Shown in pieces: positions 12,296-24,503 of a stretch of 64,000 nucleotides of DNA. Where the stretch lies: assembly GCF_006345805.1 (NCBI RefSeq), contig NC_043013.1, positions 3,844,001 through 3,908,000 on the forward strand, in the 5' to 3' direction. The DNA comes from Octopus sinensis. Its lineage: Eukaryota. The stretch's first letter is position 1; each line of letters opens with the position of its first letter. Under the pieces are notes generated by a model, which did no database searches, was not told where the DNA came from, and saw only the letters and a list, made by a program, of their open reading frames with translations. Position numbers and translations under genes: made by a program.

Positions 12296-12497
12296 CTGTG
12301 TTTGTCCCCCTAGCATTGCTTGACAACCGATGCTGGTGTGTTTATGTCCCCGTTACTTAGCAGTTCGGCAAAAGAGACCGATAGAATAAGTACTGGGCTT
12401 ACAAAAGAATAAGTCCCGGGATCGAGTTGCTCGACTAAAGGCGGTGCTTCAGCATGGCCGCAGTCAAATGACTGAAACAAGTAAAAGAGTAAAAGAA
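12091..12497 (+). mobile_element. SINE family B, full length (~405 bp, bipartite with internal microsatellite)
   Basis: tRNA-like head, CORE-like CCTTGGGCAAGTGTCTT, (TA)n(TG)n, second module and (GTAAAAGA)n tail. Resembles published octopus tRNA-derived SINEs; family name not asserted. Confidence 0.9.
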
Positions 12498-13099
12498 TAT
12501 ATATATATATATATATATAATACTGAAGTAAGAAAATCCCATAAGTTTTGCGATCGATCCCAGCTTATCTGAGAGACTGGCTTTTCAGTATGGATCCGTT
12601 AAAAATTGTTCGAAATCTTTGAAACCAATGTTATTTCCATTGCAATTGAGAAGAATATACTCAACTATTCTCCACTTTTGCTCTCTTTCTTAACTCGTTC
12701 GATCACGCAAACGATAAATACATTGTGGTGCTACATCTCCCATTAATTTTTCAGTTTTCAATGTTTTCATTTAAGAATGGCTTTGGAAAGAAAAAAAAAA
12801 AGAATGTTAAAATTCCCATTCTTATTTCATTTGTAATCAGTGGATCTAAGAAGCAACTCATGAATTTCGAACACTTAAATGAGAATGGCATTCCCCGATT
12901 GAATCTGGCGACATTTGTGTGAAATAAGTTGTAGTTTAACTACGATCGTTTATTAATGAATCAAAACTAGTCACGACTCGGAAAATATCTAAGATTGTTC
13001 TCTCTTGTTACGCCCAGCATATTTAGGGCTTTTTAAGTTAGTATTAATGTATTTGATAAAACTAGAAAGTTAACTGGTAATAAACAAGGAAGGAACAGT

Positions 13100-13304
13100 A
13101 TTGGTTTCAAATTTTGTCACAAGGCCAGTAATTACGGGGGAAGGGGTAAGTCGATTACATTCGACTGGTATTTATTTTATCGACCCCGAAAAGATGAAAG
13201 GCAAAGTCGACCTCGGCGGAATTTGAACTCAGGCCGCAAAGTCGGACGAAATGATGCTAAGCATTTTTCCCGGCGTGCTAACGATTCCGCTAGCTTGGTG
13301 CCTT
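13100..13304 (-). mobile_element. SINE family C
   Basis: Revcomp of AAGGCGGCGAGCTGGCAGAATCG...GCCTTTCATCCTTTCGGGGTCGATAAA consensus seen in many copies. Confidence 0.85.
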
Positions 13305-13652
13305 CATGCAGAAACAATATTAATTGATGACTAATATTGTTTTAAAATATTTTGTTAATCCCTAAAGGCAATTCCGGGTATTTTTCGATCTGATTAAGAT
13401 TTAAATACCAAAGCACTGTGGTTACCATATTCGCTGAAGTAGTGAGAAAAGAATTACTAAATTCAAAATAGTTTTTGAATAAATAAGTAAATAAATAAAT
13501 AAATAAAAAGAGATGGTTTAGTTGCTTTTTTCTATAAATATATTTGATTTTTTTGTGTATTTGTTGTGTTCCGAAAGAAAGAAGAAAAACGAAGCACGAG
13601 AAAGAGAACTAAAAAGAAAAAGACAGACAGAAACAGAATAGATATACGGCTA

Positions 13653-14107
13653 GGATCTTTTCGGTTTGAACGGCAGTTTTTAACATAATTTCTAGGTTAC
13701 TAAAAAATTTTAAACTTCGTATACTGGTAGAATGTGTTTATAAAACATCTTTTTCTCTTGGTTTTATTGAGAAAATTCTATAGTTTGTAAGATATTTGTT
13801 GCTTTTTTTCTTCAATTTCTGCAATTTCAACCAATCAGTGACGTGTATTGAGGTAAAAAAACATTCTGTACTGTATGAATATGTCCCTTGTTTAAGAAAC
13901 AGATTGGGTTTATTTACATTTGGGAAGAAAAAAAAGATACCCTTCCCACACCCCTAACTCTAACCCTAACACTAACGCTAGCTAACGCTAACTAACCCTA
14001 ACCCTAAAACAGATTGAAATGCAATAGATCGATACTAGGGTCATAATTATGGGTGACAATTTCATATGACACTACTAGAAAAACTGCCGTCTAAACCGAA
14101 AAGATCC
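13653..14107. mobile_element. MITE copy 2 with TA TSD
   Basis: Same TIRs as 7161-7580; TA on both sides (13651-52, 14108-09); expanded degenerate (CCCTAA)n at ~13951-14009. Confidence 0.88.
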
Positions 14108-14211
14108 TACGACTATACATATAATCATATAACATAACAACAGCTTTTATATTAATCATGCTTTCTTTTAATTAATGAAATAAGCCAAGTTGAGATTTAA
14201 CATGTATGTGT

Positions 14212-14212
14212 G

Positions 14213-14252
<40 letters not shown>

Positions 14253-14570
14253 GGTGCAGTTGTGGCTGTGTGCTTCTCAACCACATGGTTCTGGGTTCAG
14301 TCCCACTGCGTAGCACCTTCGGCAAATGGCTTCTATTGTAGCCTCAGGCCGACCAAAAGCCTTGTAAGTGCATTTGGTAGACGGAAACTGAAAGAAGACC
14401 GTCGTATATATATAACCAATGTTGGTGTGTTTACGTCCCTGCAAGTTAGCAGTTTAGTAAAAGAGACAGCTGGAATAAGTACCAACCTTACAAAGAATAA
14501 GTCCTGGGGTCGATTTGTTCGATTACAGGCGGTGCTGCAGTCAAATGACTGAAACAAGTAAAAGAATATA
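14212..14570 (+). mobile_element. SINE family B, diverged
   Basis: Homologous to 12091-12497. Confidence 0.82.
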
Positions 14571-14582
14571 CCTATATATATT

Positions 14583-14585
<3 letters not shown>

Positions 14586-14680
<95 letters not shown>
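14586..14680. repeat. (TCTA)n microsatellite
   Basis: Near-perfect run. Confidence 0.95.
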
Positions 14681-16869
14681 ATTTGAATTTTTAGAAATTT
14701 AGCATCAGATTTCTTCTACTTCTGTAAATCTTGTGTTTAAGAAACCAACTGTGTTGCATGATTCTATTAGGCGACTGTATATTGTTTAAAATTCATTACT
14801 AGCGTTACGCTGCGAATTTGAGCCGCACTCTTAATTCTTCTTGTCCTATATCGTCCAGTTGTTTAAAGATGGTAAAAAGAAATCTGGGAATATATACCAC
14901 AGATAGACGAAGGTCTAATCTCTCATTTAATTAACACTGAAACTGGAGCTAAATTCTAGCTTGTATGAGATTGTACGGCTTAAGACTAACTTTTTGGCAA
15001 GATATTTGATCTGAGATCACGTTTTGAAATATTGTATTTTTGAAGTTATCTTTGTAATTAAAGAAACATAAGCTCCATTGTTATTTATTCCTATATTTCT
15101 TTATCGGATATCTTTGGCCTGGGTAATGATGCATTCCCTGTCGCTCTATCTCAGATTTTCGTTGAGAAATACAAAAATTCTAAAAAAAAAGTCTACAAAA
15201 AAAAAAAAATCAATAATTTGTATCTACAGTTTCAGTTGATTTGGTTTGATGGATGTTTTGTGGAAACCATCTGTTTATAATGGATTATTTCGTATATTCT
15301 TTTATCAATTCTCTCAATCATCTTATATTCTTGAATCATTTCCCCACCTACTTTATGCTGTTTTTCATCATATCATTCCCTAGTTTGTATTTTCTGTTTT
15401 GTTTACCGAAACACATCTAAAATTCACCCCACCCCACCCCACACCATTTCCTTTAGTGGTGAAGTAGCTCCACTTTGTGGCCAACATTTAGCTTAGCGCG
15501 AACGTTTGCACTTGTCTGTTGCATTAATCCACCAGCTTCGGTTGGTGTAATTAAGAAAATGTAACTAACAAAATAAAATCAACAGTATACCGCTTAAGGC
15601 TTTCAGAAAACCCAAATAGCAAACTTTCCAAGTAGCGCAATAATTTTCGGTCGGCCCTTCTTACAATTTTTCCTTGTTGCTTTTGTTATTTAAGCCAGCC
15701 AGCTTCCTTTAAGCTCGAGTGTCACCAACCCTAACCCATTAGATGGTTCCTGTATTATTTAAATGTCGTTTTAAGTTGATCCCTTCGGTATTAATGCGAG
15801 CTGTTATATGTGTGTGTGTTTGCGTGCGTACGATATGTGATGTGGATGTTATTAGTACGCATATAGGTGTGCGAAGTTAATGCTGGGTGTATACTTTCTG
15901 CACTTATTTGTGGCTAGACAATGTGATTAGTGGGTGGTACGCCTGTGTGTGTATGTATCTGTGTGTGTGTGTGTGTGTGTATGTGTGTGTGTATGTGTGT
16001 GTGTGTGGTGTCTACGTTTGTTTATTTCGAATCTTGTTTTTGTATTATTCTTTTATCATTCTTTTACTGGTTTCAGTCATTGGATTGCGGCCACGCAGGG
16101 GCACAGCTTTCAAGGGTTGTAGTCGATCATATCAGTCATAATATTTATTTCGAAACTCGTATATCATATCTATTTGTCGAACCACGTGGTTATATAGTAT
16201 AATTAAAACCGGGTTTTAGACTAGAATAGCACCAGCAGAAACTCGCATGCATGCGCGTGCGCACACACACATCACGCTCGCGCACACGCACACATACATA
16301 CATAGTGGAAGTCGACTTGTGAACGAACAAGACCACTTCCTACTGGCATTCCACTGTAAGAAACATTTCAAATTTGGCATTCCCATCGCTGAAAGAGTCT
16401 TATATGGAATCTAGGACTACGAGAGACTTACAAGTCATGCCACGCCGATTGCAAGTCGACTCCTCCTTAGCAGCAGCTCAACTATATAGATATCGACGCC
16501 TATAATGCCGAGTGAATGCACTGGTTGACCCGAACATTCTGCTACACAAGGTGCATGAGAGATCATGTCGGATATCACATTGGTTAACGGTGGGGGTGCA
16601 TCTATGACCACACTTGCGGCTGAGTACATACATACATATGCTCGCACACACGCATATGCATATCTGCACATACATGTACATAATGGAAAATTGTACAGTT
16701 TCTGTGTAAGACTCCGGCCTCTAAGGTGTTGGTAAATATAGTGGGATCGAACTCGGAACCTCTTTGTTGCTAAGCAAACTCATTAATCCCTTAGTCATGC
16801 CATGCACCTATTTTTTTTGCTTGTTTCAGCTCAGAGCTGCGGCCATGCTGATGCACCGCCGTTAAAAAA

Positions 16870-17030
16870 TGGTGAAAGAGTACAGCAGGGATCACCACCC
16901 CCTGCTGGAGCCTCGTGGAGCTTTTAGGTGTTTTCGCTCAATAAACACTCACAATGCCCGGTCTGGGAATCGAAACCGCGATCCTACGGCCGCGAGTCCG
17001 CTGTCCTAACCACTGGGCCATTGCGCCTCC
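16870..17030 (-). mobile_element. SINE family A, 5' half
   Basis: Matches the head of 7867-8253; abuts family B fragments at ~16725-16862. Confidence 0.82.
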
Positions 17031-17182
17031 TATGTATACATATATATATAGGTAATTTTGCGATATGTTCTGTATGCATGCTTATATAAGTAATCAATGG
17101 GTGAATAGCTTGTGTGTGTGCCAACTGTGTCAATGTAGGTGCGTGTTAAAGTGACAGATTGCTCATGCATGGCTCCCTCTTC

Positions 17183-17273
17183 TTACTACCCACAAGGGGC
17201 TAAACACAGAGAAGACAAATAAGGACAGACAAACGGATTAAGTCGATTACATCGACCCCAGTGCGTAACTGGT
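17183..17273 (-). mobile_element. SINE family C, 3' fragment with alternative (Tx1-like) tail
   Basis: Revcomp GGGGTCGATGTAATCGACTTAATCCGTTTGTC...CTGTGTTTAGCCCCTTGTGGGTAGTAAG. Confidence 0.75.
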
Positions 17274-17299
17274 ATATATATATGTATGTGTATATACAC

Positions 17300-17597
17300 T
17301 GTTATAAGCGGTCTTTTGCCACTGTTATATCTGTCTTTGTACGACGGTTGTCCGCTCTGACAGATATTGTTATATTCCGAAGTCGTCAACAGAATGGTTC
17401 TTTCTGACACTGTACGATCTCCAGTCGTACAGTGTTATTATCCTCAAAAGGCTGGATCGTTATAACGTCCACTCAGTATCATAGTACACGTACTCTACGC
17501 ACTCTCTCGATACTGGCCAACGTCACCTTACTTATAGTGACTGCGTCATTCCACTCGTCACGTTGCAGGAGTGTACCATTATTACTAATTCCCCACA
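17300..17597 (-). repeat. 3' LTR (298 bp, TG...CA)
   Basis: Starts TGTGGGG directly after the PPT and ends ATAACA. Confidence 0.88.
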
Positions 17598-17910
17598 TCT
17601 CCCTTTTTAAGTTTTTCTTAGGTAATGTCATTTTATTTAGCAATAATATTTTTATACTCCCCACCTCGCTTTAAAAAAATCTTTTTACGAGCAATTTAAT
17701 ATTTTTTCCACTTGGCATCTATTTTCAGGAACTCTGTATGTTTTCTTTTCCTTTCACTTGTACGCTTAGGTTCGATCACCTGCAGTGGCGTTGGAACATG
17801 GAACGCATCGTACAAGCATTCCATCGGTTCCTCCAACTTCTTTGGTTCGCTCTCCACGAATTTTTGTTCAGTTGGTTCCTGTGTCTCTTTTGTATACCTT
17901 TTCTACTTCT

Positions 17911-18014
17911 GGATCTTTTCCTTTTGAACGGCACATGTCAACACAATTTCTAGTTAACTAAACACTTTTAAACTTCGTATACTGGTAGAATGTGTTTATA
18001 AAACATCATTTTTT
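17911..18014. mobile_element. Truncated MITE copy 3, nested in the integrase 3' region
   Basis: Left TIR and first ~100 bp of the 7161 family. Confidence 0.75.
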
Positions 18015-18430
18015 CTTTGGTGTCACACGGTACACTCTTAAGAATTGTAGAGCTACCTCATCCGTGATTTCCTTATTTGCTTTTCTTAAAGCTCTCTTGA
18101 AGGTATCAACAAAGTGTTCTGCTAGTCCATTAGATCTGGGATGGTATGACACCGTAGTTATATGTTCTACCGCGAACATTTCGCAAATTTTCAAAAATTC
18201 GCTAGACGCAAATTGTGTTCCATTGTCAGATACTATCTTGTCTGGGATGCCAAATCTTGCAAACAATTAGTGTAGAAAATTTATCCCAGTTGGAGAAGTT
18301 GGTGTTTTACACTTGCAAATTTCAGACCATTTTGAAAAACTACCAACTCCCACCAAAAATTTTTTCGCGAACGGTACATTTTGTTTTGATTTAAATAAAT
18401 GTTTTCCACTTTGTTTTACTGCGATTTTTT
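18006..18430 (-). pseudogene. Retroviral-type integrase core remnant
   Basis: FARFGIPDKIVSDNGTQFASSEF...YHPRSNGLAEHFVDTFKRAL; upstream KFLVGVGSFSKWSEI. Confidence 0.88.
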
Positions 18431-18658
18431 TTTGTTTCAGTCCTTCAGTATTTGAACCTTCGACTGAGGCAACTATATTTCTACACAAAACCCTTATGGG
18501 CTTATTCCATAAATTAAATAGTTGTAGCCACTCTGTGCCAAATAAATTAAGTGAATGTGTTAACATATATATCTTAGCTTTTTCGTTTGACCTCGAAATG
18601 TTACGTTACATACGCATTCACCGATAAAATATAATCTTTTCCCCCGTAACACCATGTG

Positions 18659-19620
18659 CTACCTTTTAGATTTAATTAATTTCGGCTTACCGTTATGTGT
18701 CAACGGCTTTTCGTTTATAATAGTCGTGTCACTACCTGCGTCGAACTTCAGTTTTGCACTTGTGCTTTTGATTTTCACATTCACGAATTCTCTCATCGTC
18801 ATATTACCAATTTCTTCCGATGACGTACTATATATATATACATATATATATTTTCCTTTGTTCTGATGTTTTGTCATTTTCCTTTTACAGTGCATCTTAA
18901 TATGTCCTATATTACCACAACGTGAGTCCTCTGCTGTTTTAAATGGACAATTTTTCCTCAGGTGCATACCATCACATGCAGGACATGGGTTTATATCCTG
19001 ATATTTGTCGTGTTTTTTTTTAGAAAACACTATATCTATATTCAGATTACCCCGCATTGGTTGTACTTGGAAACAATTTTTGTGCTCAGTTTCCCCTGTG
19101 TCGAGTCTTACTTAGAGTATCCTTTCACATTCTTCAGACACTTTTTGAAGGGTTACTTCCTGGTCTTACTCCAGCTTTGCAAGAATTCTAGTTCTGACTT
19201 CTGCGTCCTTTTCGGCTGTTAGTTCCTGTATAAAAAAATCCGGCATTTGAACATATCCTGACTTAATTTATCCAGCTTAAACTTCTCGATTTCCCTGTTA
19301 ACTCTACCTGCACATGTGATGTAGTCCTCGTAGTTGTTTTTCTCTATGTTCAGACGCTTCCAACGTGTGTCGAACAATGAGCTTTTTTCACTCACAATAT
19401 ATCAATTGTATCATTAAAGTTTACTTCCGAAGGTTTTCTTGGGAGTACAACATTACTGTATCATTCAGGTTCTGTTGGCGCCAGTTTTCTCAAGATTAAG
19501 CGCGTTTTCATCTCGTCGCTCCAATCTTTACATTCTTTCTCGAAGATTTACTCATATCTTCTTCAGTGTGCATCGAAGGTAATTCCTTCGTATTTCAATT
19601 CGGTTTGTGAATTTGCGACA
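18659..19620 (-). pseudogene. Gag/zinc-knuckle/aspartic protease remnant
   Basis: CPACDGMHLRKNCPF, RCGNIGHIKMHC, LKFDAGSDTTIIN; gag-like segment at 19200-19620 with stops. Confidence 0.75.
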
Positions 19621-19900
19621 TAGTCTGGCGAGAACACTTTCTGGCTTTCCTGACGAATTCAGTAATTGCAGCATTTGTTGCTGTAATCATTATTTGTTGT
19701 TGTTGTTGTTGTTGCTTCTCTTGTTTCTCTTGCAGTTGTACCTGCTGCTGTTGCTGCTTTTGCAACTCGAGCGAACCTTTCAATAAGTTTTCCATACTTT
19801 TACGTTTTTCCGTAAAATTCGTACACCAACTTTGTGAGTTTGTTAACTCCTCTTTGAGCTTCAATTAACTCCACGTGAATTGGTTTATCCTCGTCTCCAC

Positions 19901-20650
19901 TATCATCAAGCGGTCTTTTGCCACTGTTATATCTGTCTTTGTACGACGGTTGTCCGCTCCGACAGATATTGTTATCTCTTTTTTCTCTTTTTCTCTTTTT
20001 ACTTGTTTCAGTCATTTGACTGCGGCCATGCTGGTGCACCGCCTTTAATCGAGCAGCTCGACCCCGGGACTTATTCTTTGTAAGCCCAGTGCTTATTCTA
20101 TCGAACCGCTAAGTGACGGGGACATAAACACACCAGCATCGGCTGTCAAGCAATGCTAGGGGGACAAACACAGACACACAAACATACACGCACATACATA
20201 TATATACATATATACGACGGGCTTCTTTCAGTTTCCGTCTACCAAATCCACTCACAAGGCTTTGGTCGGCCCGAGGCTATAGTTGAAGACACTTGCCCAA
20301 GGGGAAACGCAGTGGTACTGAACCCGGAACCATGTGGTTGGTTAGCAAGCTACTTACCACACAGCCACTCCTGCGCCTATTGTTATATTTCAAAGTCGTC
20401 GATAGAATGGTGTTATCTGGCACTACGACCCCCAGTTGTATAGTGTTATTATCCTCAAAAGGCTGGATCGTTATAACGTCCACTCAGTATCACAGTATAA
20501 TCACTATATCAGCACAGACACGACTATCAACACAGTCTACACTTACTCTACACACTCTCTCGATACTGGCCAACGTCACCTTACTTATAGTGACTGCGTC
20601 ATTCCACTCGTCATGTTGCAGGAGTGTACCATTATTACTAATTCCCCACA
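19901..20650 (-). repeat. 5' LTR interrupted by a SINE
   Basis: Homologous to 17300-17597; ~339 bp after removing the SINE and one TSD copy. Confidence 0.85.
19976..20377 (-). mobile_element. SINE family B, full length, inserted in the 5' LTR
   Basis: 9-bp TSD TATTGTTAT (19967-75, 20378-86); the 3' LTR shows the empty site. Confidence 0.93.
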
Positions 20651-20695
20651 ACACATACCTTACATATGCTTATGCGTATGTGTGTGTATACATAA

Positions 20696-20726
<31 letters not shown>

Positions 20727-20819
20727 ATCGCATTAAATTTATTACAAATTTGTTTTGAGCAGAACTTCAAATTTTGCCTGGAGGCCTAAATAGTGAGCGG
20801 GTCAAAAAGTTTCAGTTGA

Positions 20820-21250
20820 TACATACATACATACATACACACACACATACATACATACATACATACATACATACATACATACATACATACATACATACAC
20901 ACACATACATACATACATACATAGATACACACATACATACACACATACATACACACATACATACATACACACATACATACACACACACATACATACATAC
21001 ATACATACATACACACACATACATACATACATACATAGATACACACATACATACACACATACATACACACATACATACATACACACATACATACACACAT
21101 ACATACACACATACATACATACATACACACATACATACATACATACATACATTCATACATACATACATGCATGCTTAGATACATACATACACACATGCAT
21201 GCATACACACATGCATGCATATATGCATGCATACATACATACATACATTG
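20820..21250. repeat. (CATA)n/(CA)n microsatellite
   Basis: Seen directly. Confidence 0.95.
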
Positions 21251-21344
21251 TGTGTGTATGTGTGCATATATTTATATGTATATATATATATATCTATATG
21301 TGTGTTTGTGTATATATGTATATATATACATATGTATGTATCAT

Positions 21345-21550
21345 ATATCACCTTGACCGACTAGTCCGTCAGGCGTCCATTTGACACCGCTGGTCACAGC
21401 ACGCTGTCCACTCCTCTCTGGATCGCGCCTTTCTCATCCACGTGATCCCAATCGTCCTCCTGAAATCGTAACTCCACCGTCGTGGAGGTCTTCCGGGTGG
21501 TCTTTTCCGCTCGCGCGGGTACCACTCGACAACTGCGTGGGTCCACCGAT
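21345..21550 (-). mobile_element. RTE-clade LINE 3' end
   Basis: Minus-strand translation RWTHAVVEWYPRERKRPPGRPPRRW...WMRKARSREEW is a typical RTE C-terminus. Confidence 0.75.
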
Positions 21551-22984
21551 AATCAGTATCATATATATATATGTAAATATATATTGGTATATATTACATA
21601 TATATATATGTATATATATACATATTACATATATACAGGATGTAGTTAAAGAAATAACAGAAAATTAGCTTAAAGATACCCAGTCAAAAGGCATAAAAAT
21701 CAATATAAGAGTCTATAGTATTCCTGATGTATTAGAAATCTTATTGCTAACTCATTTGTATCTCGACTATTTAGTTGAAGCTACACGAGAAAGAGGAAAA
21801 GACATCTTGCAAGTGACAGCTTCTCAGTACTACTTTATGTCTTCTCGTTAAATCTATTAAAAATACCCGTTCACAAAACATAATAAATATAGAAATAGAT
21901 AGACTAAAACCAGAAACATCTTTCAGCTTTTCGTCGGCGTAGAACTATATTATCAAATACTAACCACATCAGAAACAATCAGATCTTATTACCCAGTATT
22001 TCACAAGCAATGCAATGGTGTTTGGTGAATTCAGATGTGCGTTTTTGTTGGCAAGGCGAGGAAAATTTGCTGCCTCTCATTAGAAACATGAAACAACTTG
22101 ACAATACTGTTGTTACATTTGAGCGAAAGCTGTCTTGTTCAGAATGATATTATGTGTGACGGACTTATTAATATGGAGGACGAATAAAAGAAATGTTTCA
22201 AAAGAATTATGAAAATATGAAAATCTCTGTCTAATCGATCACGATACCGATGTAATGCCAGTCCTGGATGCCTATGTTTGGCATCCAGGAATTGGTGACC
22301 TCTGAATTGGTGACCTCAAGAACTGAAAGACTCAAAAACTACTCACTGTCATTAGAAATTTCGATGTCACTGAGGATTTAGACAGAGTGTATTTTCCACG
22401 GAAGAAGGAAGGCCTTCGTCTTGAAAATCTGTCAACATTTAACAATGAAAGAATATTTGCAGCAGAGGGAAAAACAACGATCTCGCTCAGGTTTGGGAGC
22501 CCGAACCTAAAACATTATTAGAGCGGGTAGTAATCTTGAAAGCGGACATGTATTAAGAACTGACACAGATATCTCCCCGAGGAAAAGTCAGATGGCATGG
22601 AAACATTGTACTAGAATACTCTCAAACGAAAATCAGAAGAAATCAGTGGAGGAAATAAGCTACATTAAATGTCATGGAAAACCTACTAATTCATAGCAAT
22701 TCAACTTGAAGATTGGTGAATTCAATCCAGGTACCAAAATTCTTCCCCAACTACCTACTAACAATTGTAGATTATGCAAAACGCAAATCAAAGACATTAG
22801 CGACACCATTGTCAAGTGTGGGGAAATGTTCTGTAGTTGTCACTTTCCCACGTATATGATATGATAGGCAGATCAATGTGGAATAGATGAGCAAGAAAAG
22901 ATAACAAATGCAGTGAAACATATTGAGATCAATGGACCAACAAAATATTAAGTGGAACCTATTCTTAAGGGCATAGATAAAACA

Positions 22985-23368
22985 GTGGAGGCGCAATGGC
23001 CCAGTGGTTAGGGCAGCGGACTCGCGGTCATAGGATCGCGGTTTCGATTCCCAGACCGGGCGTTGTGAGTGTTTATTGAGCGAAAACACCTAAAGCTCCA
23101 CGAGGCTCCGGCAGGGGATGGTGGCGATCCCTGCTGTTTCTCTTTCACCACAACTTTCTCACTCTTACTTCCTGTTTCTGTTGTACCTGTATTTCAAAGG
23201 GCCGGCCTTGTCACTCTCTGTGTCACGCTGAATATCCCCGAGAACTACGTTAAGGGTACACGTGTCTGTGGAGTGCTCAGCCACTTACACGTTAATTTCA
23301 CGAGCAGGCTGTTCCGTTGATTCGGATCAACCGGAACCCTCGTCGTCGTAACCGACGGAGTGCTTCCA
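22985..23368 (+). mobile_element. SINE family A, full length
   Basis: 10-bp TSD AGATAAAACA (22975-84, 23369-78). Confidence 0.93.
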
Positions 23369-23920
23369 AGATAAAACAAGTTAAAACAACTGATTCTTGG
23401 ATTGGAATTACAAAAACGTGTCCTGATGTGGTAAGAAACATACAGGACAAAGAAGAAATGTTCGGGCAATTGACGAATTTTGCAAATCCAGTGCCCAAAA
23501 TACACTTTTAGTTGTATGCCCATGGTTAGTGGAACAACCTGATATGTACAAATCCGCCTAAATCAAAGTATAACTAAATCCTTAAGAGTTAAAGGTTGAA
23601 CTGTACAACGAATGACGAAGAGAAAAAAAGCTTAAAAAATGCGAAAAGACTTCTCTACAACCTGCCACTGAGGAGGCGGCCGGGCAAAATAATGCTTGAA
23701 ACCCTGCATTCACACACGCGCGCGCACACACACAGACACACACACAGACACAGACACAGACACAAACATGCAGGAAAACAGGCATATACTATTCTAAACT
23801 CATTCTAATATGCATGTATGTGTATGTGTGCTTGTATACATACATACACACATACACATATACATGCATACATACATATACAAAGGCACACACACACACG
23901 TATCTATATATATATATATA

Positions 23921-24088
23921 CTACGAGCTTCTTTTAGTTTCTGTATAGTCTATGAAATCCACTCACATGGCTTTGGTCGGCACGAAGCTATAGTAGGAGA
24001 CACTTGCCCAAGGTGCCACGCAGTGGGACTGAACTCGGAACTATGTGGTTGGTAAACAAGCTACTTACCACACAGCCATACTTGCGCC
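23921..24088 (-). mobile_element. SINE family B, 5' half
   Basis: Homologous to the head of 12091. Confidence 0.82.
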
Positions 24089-24090
24089 TT

Positions 24091-24142
<52 letters not shown>

Positions 24143-24179
24143 TTGTATATATATATAAAAATATATATATACGTCACTA

Positions 24180-24374
24180 AAGTGACTGAGGGTAGTAGTG
24201 AGCATCAGTATTGCTAGAAATAAGAGTTAAAACAACTCACAAGAAGCACTTATCTTAGCCACAAGAAGCACTTATCTTAATGACTGACATTAAGCTAAGT
24301 GCTTCTTGTGGCTACGAGTTGTTTTAACTTTTATTTCTAGCAGTACTGGTGCTGTCTAGTGCCCTCAGTCACTT
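24180..24374. repeat. Imperfect palindrome (~195 bp)
   Basis: AAGTGACTGAGGG...CTTAATG / CATTAAG...CCCTCAGTCACTT around a 5-nt loop; ~20-bp direct duplication in the left arm. Confidence 0.85.
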
Positions 24375-24419
24375 AAGGGTTGTAAAATTGCGAACAAGCC
24401 ATCCTTATTATTCATGTGT

Positions 24420-24503
<84 letters not shown>

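Larger units (their letters stand above)
17300..20650 (-). mobile_element. Gypsy-type LTR retrotransposon, structurally complete, RT/RNase H deleted
   Basis: LTRs at 19901-20650 and 17300-17597; ACAC TSD (17296-99, 20651-54); PBS-like TGGAGACGAGGAT from 19899; PPT AAAAAGGGAGA 17598-17608; gag, zinc knuckle, protease (FDAGSD) and integrase (SDNGTQF, YHPRSNGLAE) remnants. Confidence 0.88.

Noticed and set aside
15931-15939. TGGGTGGTA as a GLI/Ci site in the hh intron
   Set aside because: A single one-mismatch 9-mer in 64 kb is expected by chance.
22270-22770. Possible LINE remnant (LDRVYFPRKKEGL)
   Set aside because: Only one short motif resemblance; too degraded to list as a feature.
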